A stretch of 28,826 nt of DNA from a virus (taxonomy: Duplodnaviria; Heunggongvirae; Uroviricota; Caudoviricetes), in IMG/VR virus record IMGVR_UViG_3300043178_000179. The stretch is one strand, 5' to 3'. Positions 24,483-28,826 of the stretch are shown here, one piece after another. Under the pieces are notes generated by a model. The model saw only the letters and a list, made by a program, of their open reading frames with translations. It was not told where the DNA came from and made no database searches. Both the position numbers and the translations under genes were made by a program. How positions within the stretch are numbered: the stretch's first letter is position 1; every line of letters begins with the position of its first letter.

Positions 24483-25610
24483 ATGCAGCTCAGCATCGAG
24501 CACCTCCTCCGCCGCGCGAGGCCGGACGACGGGCGGCTCACGATCCTCTCGTCCGGGCTCGGGCGGGACAGCTCGACGATGGTCTGCCTCCTCTTGGGCG
24601 GGAAGCTCTTGGCGGAGGGGCGGCCGTTGCGGCCATCGGACGTGGACGCCGTGGTCTTCTCGGACACGGGCATGGAGTGGCCCTTCACGTACCGCCTGGG
24701 GGAGCGCACGCGACGGCTGCTCGCGAAGGCCGGCGTTCCGTTCTACGTGTTGGCGAAGCCCCCGGCGAGGGACTGGCGGCCATACAGCCGCGGGCTCCGG
24801 GAGCGCTACGAGGCGATCCGCGCGGCCATCGCGAAGGCTCGCCGTTCCGGCGACGAGCGCCTGGCCTCGCACCTGGAGCACCGGTCCCAGCACCCGGCCA
24901 GCCACGACCCGGTATTCGAGGCTGCGACGGGCCAGCCCGCGCAGGTTCCACCCGCGCCCTGGCTGGAGCGGACCTGGCCGTCGATCGCCGCGAAGGCCGC
25001 TGGTGGCGGCTACCACCACCGCGCGCCGCTGTTGCCCAGCTTCGCGGAGCGCCGTCGGATCCCGATGCGGGCGAAGCACGAGTGCACGCTGCACCACAAG
25101 ATCCGGCCGATCCAGAGCTTCGCGGCCGACCTCGCGGCCGAGCGGTTCGGTGTCCCGTCGAACCGCGCCTGGGCGGCCGAGGTGACGGCCGGCCGTCGGC
25201 CTCCTCACCGGATGCTGATCGGCATCGCGGCGGACGAGGCCAGCCGCGCGACGCCGAGCGAAGAGCCAGCCTTCGTCAAGGTGTTCCCGCTGATCGAGAT
25301 GGGGATCTCCAAGATGGACGAGGAGCCGATCTTGCGCCGCTGCGGCTTCGAGGACGCGCGCAAGAGCGGGTGCTGGACGTGCATGTACCAGCCGATCTCC
25401 TGGTTCTGGGCGCTCCGCGAGGTGTACCCTGATCTTTACGCCGAGGTGGTCGAAACCGAGCGCCGCGCGCTGGAGCGCAATCCCTCCTTCTACCTCAAAG
25501 GCTCGGAGCCGGTGGACGTACAGGTCCGCCGATGGCGCGCAAACAACCCGGACGCCACGGTAGACTCGGTCCTCGACAAGGACTACAAGCGTTGCGGCGG
25601 AGGAGTCTGA
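24483..25610 (+). CDS. Phosphoadenosine-phosphosulfate (PAPS) reductase-family / adenine-nucleotide alpha-hydrolase protein, 375 aa
   Basis: PP-loop SSGLGRDS, FSDTGME, CT..HKIRPI, IGIAADEA.R, FPLIE and KSGCWTC motifs. Confidence 0.8.
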   Translation: MQLSIEHLLRRARPDDGRLTILSSGLGRDSSTMVCLLLGGKLLAEGRPLRPSDVDAVVFSDTGMEWPFTYRLGERTRRLLAKAGVPFYVLAKPPARDWRPYSRGLRERYEAIRAAIAKARRSGDERLASHLEHRSQHPASHDPVFEAATGQPAQVPPAPWLERTWPSIAAKAAGGGYHHRAPLLPSFAERRRIPMRAKHECTLHHKIRPIQSFAADLAAERFGVPSNRAWAAEVTAGRRPPHRMLIGIAADEASRATPSEEPAFVKVFPLIEMGISKMDEEPILRRCGFEDARKSGCWTCMYQPISWFWALREVYPDLYAEVVETERRALERNPSFYLKGSEPVDVQVRRWRANNPDATVDSVLDKDYKRCGGGV

Positions 25611-26362
25611 TGTCGAAACCCGAACTCAAGAACTACCTGCGCCTGATCCACGCCCACGGCGGCGCGCCGTTGGACCAGGCCGCCCGCGCTTTTCAGCGGC
25701 GGATGCTGGAGGACTGGCCGGATCCCGACGGCATCTTCCAGGACGTCGTGGAGCGATACGGCGATGCCCTGATGGCCGCGCTGGACGCCGAGGGAGTGCT
25801 CGACCGCCTGGAGGATGGCGCCCTGTTCGACCGGGCCTTCCGGCTGCTGGTCGAGTCCTACCCAGGGGTCCCCGCCGGCTCCCTCGCGGCCCCCTCCGCG
25901 CTCTTCGACCTCGCGGAGCAGTACGTGCGCCGGGTGATGGACATGGCCGCCGGCTTCGTGCTGCGCGGCGAGCCGGTGGCCCCGGTGCTCTTCGTGTTCG
26001 CCGCCGACGGCGACGAGCGGCTGGGCGTCGGGATCACCCCGCTGGGGCCGCAGAAGTCCACATGGCCTGCTGTGATCCAGGAGATCATGCGCCGAACCGA
26101 GGGCTTCGGCCACGCGATCGTCTCGGAAGCCTCGGAGGTGAAGGAATCCGCGGCGTTTCGTCGTCACCTCGCCGCTGGCGGTGGTCCCTCCGACTTTCCG
26201 GACCGGCAGGACGTCATTCTCCTCGTCCTGGAGCTTCCCGGTCGCCGGAGGATCTTCACCCGGACGATCTCTGCTGACCGCTCCTCGGTCGGCCCGATCG
26301 AGGAAAGTCGGGTCCAAGCGAGCCGCTGGGAGGGAGTCGGCGGAACGGGTGGACACAACTAG
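25610..26362 (+). CDS. Hypothetical protein, 250 aa
   Basis: GGAGGAG SD and TGATG coupling. Confidence 0.8.
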   Translation: MSKPELKNYLRLIHAHGGAPLDQAARAFQRRMLEDWPDPDGIFQDVVERYGDALMAALDAEGVLDRLEDGALFDRAFRLLVESYPGVPAGSLAAPSALFDLAEQYVRRVMDMAAGFVLRGEPVAPVLFVFAADGDERLGVGITPLGPQKSTWPAVIQEIMRRTEGFGHAIVSEASEVKESAAFRRHLAAGGGPSDFPDRQDVILLVLELPGRRRIFTRTISADRSSVGPIEESRVQASRWEGVGGTGGHN

Positions 26363-26374
26363 CCCCGCATCGGT

Positions 26375-26380
26375 TATCCT
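26375..26380 (+). promoter_or_regulatory. Candidate -10 element (TATCCT)
   Basis: TAnnnT in the gap upstream of the 26405 gene. Confidence 0.35.
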
Positions 26381-26404
26381 TGCGGGAACACCCAGGAGCC
26401 CACG

Positions 26405-26734
26405 ATGCTCAGTATCACCAAGCTGCTCGCGAAGGCCAAGCGCGCGACGCCCAAGGGCAAGAAGAAGACCGCCAAGCGCGGCAAGGCGGAGGTCGAGTTT
26501 CGGACCAAGGAAGGCAAGAAGGTCAGCTTCACGCCGAAGGGCAAGAAGAAGCGCCGCGCCTCGGCCCAGCTCACGCCCTACCAGCGCCATGTCCGGCACT
26601 ACATGAAGTCCCGCGGCGTGGTCAAGGGTACGGCCCCCTGGATAGTGCGGCCGATGATGCAGGCCGCAGCGCAGCAGTGGCGCCGCAAGCAGGCGCAGTT
26701 GGTGATCGTCAAGAAGAAGCGCCGCGCGGCCTGA
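26405..26734 (+). CDS. Highly basic histone-like protein with HMG-box-like C-terminal motif, 109 aa
   Basis: AGGAG SD; Lys/Arg-rich; TPYQRHV...MMQAAAQQWRR parallels the 14638 protein. Confidence 0.85.
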   Translation: MLSITKLLAKAKRATPKGKKKTAKRGKAEVEFRTKEGKKVSFTPKGKKKRRASAQLTPYQRHVRHYMKSRGVVKGTAPWIVRPMMQAAAQQWRRKQAQLVIVKKKRRAA

Positions 26735-26746
26735 GAGAGGTCCACG

Positions 26747-27520
26747 GTGGCCCGCGCCGTCGAGTTTGCCCGGCGCCAGGGTGGGGATCGTCCGCCCCGG
26801 TGGCTGGTCGAGCTGCTCTCGAAGCACCTGGGCCGCATCGAGTCCCGCGCGGGCATCCGGTTGCTGCGCGAGCCCGGTTCCGACAAGCTCTGGCCGTTGC
26901 TCGGCTGTGGGAGCTTCGGGTGCGTGCTCGCGCTCGTGGACGTGACGAAGGTGTTGAAGATCACCTCGGACGAGGAGGAGGGCCCGTTGACGGCGCACGT
27001 CCACCGGCTCCAGTCGCGCCAGGCCCGGACGCCGGTGGGCCCGGTGACGCACGCGACGGCCGTCGTCTTCGACGTGTTCCGCTTCCCGGGCAAGGTCGAG
27101 GCGAGCCTCGGCTACCGGACGAACGCTTACGGGATCGTCCGCGAGGCGGTAGACGTGGAGAGCCCGCTGCCGAAGGCCCTGGTCGCGGCCGCCGACGCCT
27201 ACACGGACGGCTGGGAGATGCACTGTTTCGCCCGCGGCGCATCGACGAGGGCCCTCGGGCACCTGATGGCCCGCGGCGCGCTGGAGACCTTGAAAGGAAA
27301 GGGTCCGGACGGTGCGCAGCTCGGCGCGGTGCTGGAGATGCTGTGGAACGATGGCGCGCCGCTGATGGACGCGCACCGGGACAACCTGGCGACCCGGTTC
27401 GTCCCGGGCCCGAACGGGGAGCGCCCGGGCCAGGTCCTGCTCTTCGAGTACGGGGCGAGCCCTTTCTGCCCGGTGAAGTTCCGCGAGATCGGCAGCCTCA
27501 AGGCCGCGAGCGTCGCGTGA
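26747..27520 (+). CDS. Protein-kinase-like fold protein, 257 aa
   Basis: LGCGSFGCV Gly loop, VLKIT..EE, catalytic DAHRDN, and EYG at the DFG position. Confidence 0.75.
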   Translation: MARAVEFARRQGGDRPPRWLVELLSKHLGRIESRAGIRLLREPGSDKLWPLLGCGSFGCVLALVDVTKVLKITSDEEEGPLTAHVHRLQSRQARTPVGPVTHATAVVFDVFRFPGKVEASLGYRTNAYGIVREAVDVESPLPKALVAAADAYTDGWEMHCFARGASTRALGHLMARGALETLKGKGPDGAQLGAVLEMLWNDGAPLMDAHRDNLATRFVPGPNGERPGQVLLFEYGASPFCPVKFREIGSLKAASVA

Positions 27521-28437
27521 TCGAGAGCTGTCCCCGCCAGTCCGTCCTGATCCCGCGGATCGAGAGGTCGCTTGGCGTGCGCCTTGGCAACGTCCAGTGC
27601 CGGATCGTGGATCAGGCCGGCATGGAGCAGGCGATGCGCCGCGCGGGCTGGTCACGGAACGAGACGCTCGGGGTCGTCGGCTTCCAGATCGGGAGCCGCG
27701 TCTACGTCCGGAAGGACGCGCCCTGGACGGTGCTGCACGAGCTGGTCCACCGCTCCGGGGTGAACGCCGACCGACTGAACCGGTTCGTGGCCGAGGGCTT
27801 GACCGAGGCGATCGCGCTGGAGCTCAAGGAGAGCGCGGCCGAGCACCAGCCGACGTACCCCGAGGAGACGCGGTGGGTGCAGCAGGTGCTGTTGGCGAAG
27901 CTCGGGATGACGGCGGTCGAGCTCGGGTCTCGGCTCGCGAAGTCCTCGAACCCGCCGCGGACGCTGGCCGCGCTCCTGGCGCGCAAGGACCCGTCGCTCG
28001 ACGAGGGGGTCTTGGCGCGCAGCCTCCAGCCCCAGCGTCCGGAGCGCCCGGCCATCGGGAGCCAGCTCGGCTTCGGCCCCAGCCTCTCCCCGACCAGGGA
28101 GCCGCCGCCGTTCTACCCCGACATCCCCCCCTGGAAGAAGGAGAGCCCGGCGGCGTTCGCGCGCCGAATCCGGGGCGCGATCGGCGAGATGACGAAGGGC
28201 AGCCCCGCCCGCTACGGCCCTCACGGTGAGCTGCTGTCGTACAGCTTCACGGTCGCGCCCGACGGGACCTACCAGGACACCGCCGGCCGCCGGGGCCGGT
28301 GCGTCGGTGGGCGTCTCCAGGTGGAGGGGTCGGCTGCCACCACCTCGGCCGAGGGCGACCTCGTGGGTACGGTCGCCATCGGGCTGATCCTGAGCGGCGT
28401 CGCGCTCGGCTTGCCTCGTCTCTTCGGCCGGAGGTGA
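27517..28437 (+). CDS. Zincin (gluzincin-like) metallopeptidase domain with C-terminal TM anchor, 306 aa
   Basis: VLHELVH followed by EGLTE (third ligand) and YPEE; C-terminal LVGTVAIGLILSGVALGLP; GTGA coupling. Confidence 0.75.
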   Translation: MIESCPRQSVLIPRIERSLGVRLGNVQCRIVDQAGMEQAMRRAGWSRNETLGVVGFQIGSRVYVRKDAPWTVLHELVHRSGVNADRLNRFVAEGLTEAIALELKESAAEHQPTYPEETRWVQQVLLAKLGMTAVELGSRLAKSSNPPRTLAALLARKDPSLDEGVLARSLQPQRPERPAIGSQLGFGPSLSPTREPPPFYPDIPPWKKESPAAFARRIRGAIGEMTKGSPARYGPHGELLSYSFTVAPDGTYQDTAGRRGRCVGGRLQVEGSAATTSAEGDLVGTVAIGLILSGVALGLPRLFGRR

Positions 28438-28453
28438 AGCCGCCGATCCTCCG

Positions 28454-28462
28454 TGCTACGCT
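28454..28462 (+). promoter_or_regulatory. Candidate extended -10 element (TG-C-TACGCT) between two GCCGATCCTCC direct repeats
   Basis: In the intergenic gap before the last gene; repeats at 28442-28452 and 28483-28493. Confidence 0.35.
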
Positions 28463-28565
28463 GACGTGGACGGTAGGCCAGGGCCGATCCTCCCTTGCTC
28501 ATCTGATGCCACGATCCAGTCGACCTGGACCTCCCGTCCCTTTCCGCCACCCAGAGGAAATGACC

Positions 28566-28826
28566 ATGGCCAACAACTTCGGACGTCACCGTGGATTCCG
28601 CCGCGGCCCCGGCCGCTTCCGCCCGGGCGGCTTTCGCCGCGGCGGGCGCTGGCCGCGTTGGCCGGGCTTCTACCCCTACGCCTACCCCTACTTCGTCGAG
28701 ACGGTCCCCTACCCCTACCCGGACTTCGACCTGGAGGACGAGTACGAGGACGAGCAGATCGACGACCTGATCGCCGAGACCGACGCGCTGCTGGGCGCCG
28801 AGGTGAAGTCCTGTCCCTGTCCCGGC
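28566..28826 (+). CDS. 3'-truncated low-complexity protein (Arg/Gly/Phe block, Tyr/Pro block, acidic block), >=87 aa; not in the supplied ORF track
   Basis: GAGG SD; MANNFGRHRGFRRGPGRF...YPYAYPY...EDEYEDEQIDDLIAETDALLGAEV is open to the window end. Alternative ATG at 28560. Confidence 0.8.
   Translation, partial: MANNFGRHRGFRRGPGRFRPGGFRRGGRWPRWPGFYPYAYPYFVETVPYPYPDFDLEDEYEDEQIDDLIAETDALLGAEVKSCPCPG

Larger units (their letters stand above)
1..28826. mobile_element. Probable internal fragment of a large unclassified virus/phage or extrachromosomal element of a high-GC prokaryote
   Basis: Nearly all genes are co-oriented and tightly coupled, most are small hypotheticals, the recognisable enzymes are phage-type accessory families (RadC, ART-like, MTase-like, PAPS reductase, Dps-like), paralog arrays are present and housekeeping genes are absent. 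No hallmark gene (terminase, integrase, polymerase) is in the window, so the class is inferred. Confidence 0.6.

Noticed and set aside
1-28826. tRNA, rRNA and intrinsic terminators
   Set aside because: No cloverleaf with T-loop context was seen, and no GC hairpin followed by a U-tract was found in the gaps, including the convergent gap at 22561-22584.

Overview
A very GC-rich (roughly 70%+ by eye), gene-dense window of about 41 CDSs. All but one lie on the + strand, many are translationally coupled (ATGA/TGATG/GTGA overlaps), and many have GGAG/GAGG Shine-Dalgarno sites, which points to a prokaryotic host. No rRNA, tRNA, CRISPR, integrase, polymerase, terminase or core housekeeping gene was recognised. 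The content best fits an internal fragment of a large unclassified virus or extrachromosomal element. The left end (1-5629) and right end (28566-end) encode acidic/Arg-rich low-complexity and membrane-anchored proteins, plus a beta-rich, possibly jelly-roll, domain. The middle encodes accessory cargo: two kinase-like proteins, two ADP-ribosyltransferase-like domains, two HExxH metallopeptidases, a RadC/JAB fusion, a Dps/ferritin-like fusion, a PAPS-reductase-family protein, a truncated C5 cytosine-MTase-like protein, two HMG-box-like basic proteins and a five-member tandem paralog array with repeated junctions. The most striking unexplained structure is a shared protein grammar: a DG-hydrophobic leader, [R/K]-G-S-x-[A/R] joints at apparent domain boundaries, and L-D-x-L-L helical motifs, reused across otherwise unrelated proteins. 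All family calls come from manual motif recognition; no database search was run.
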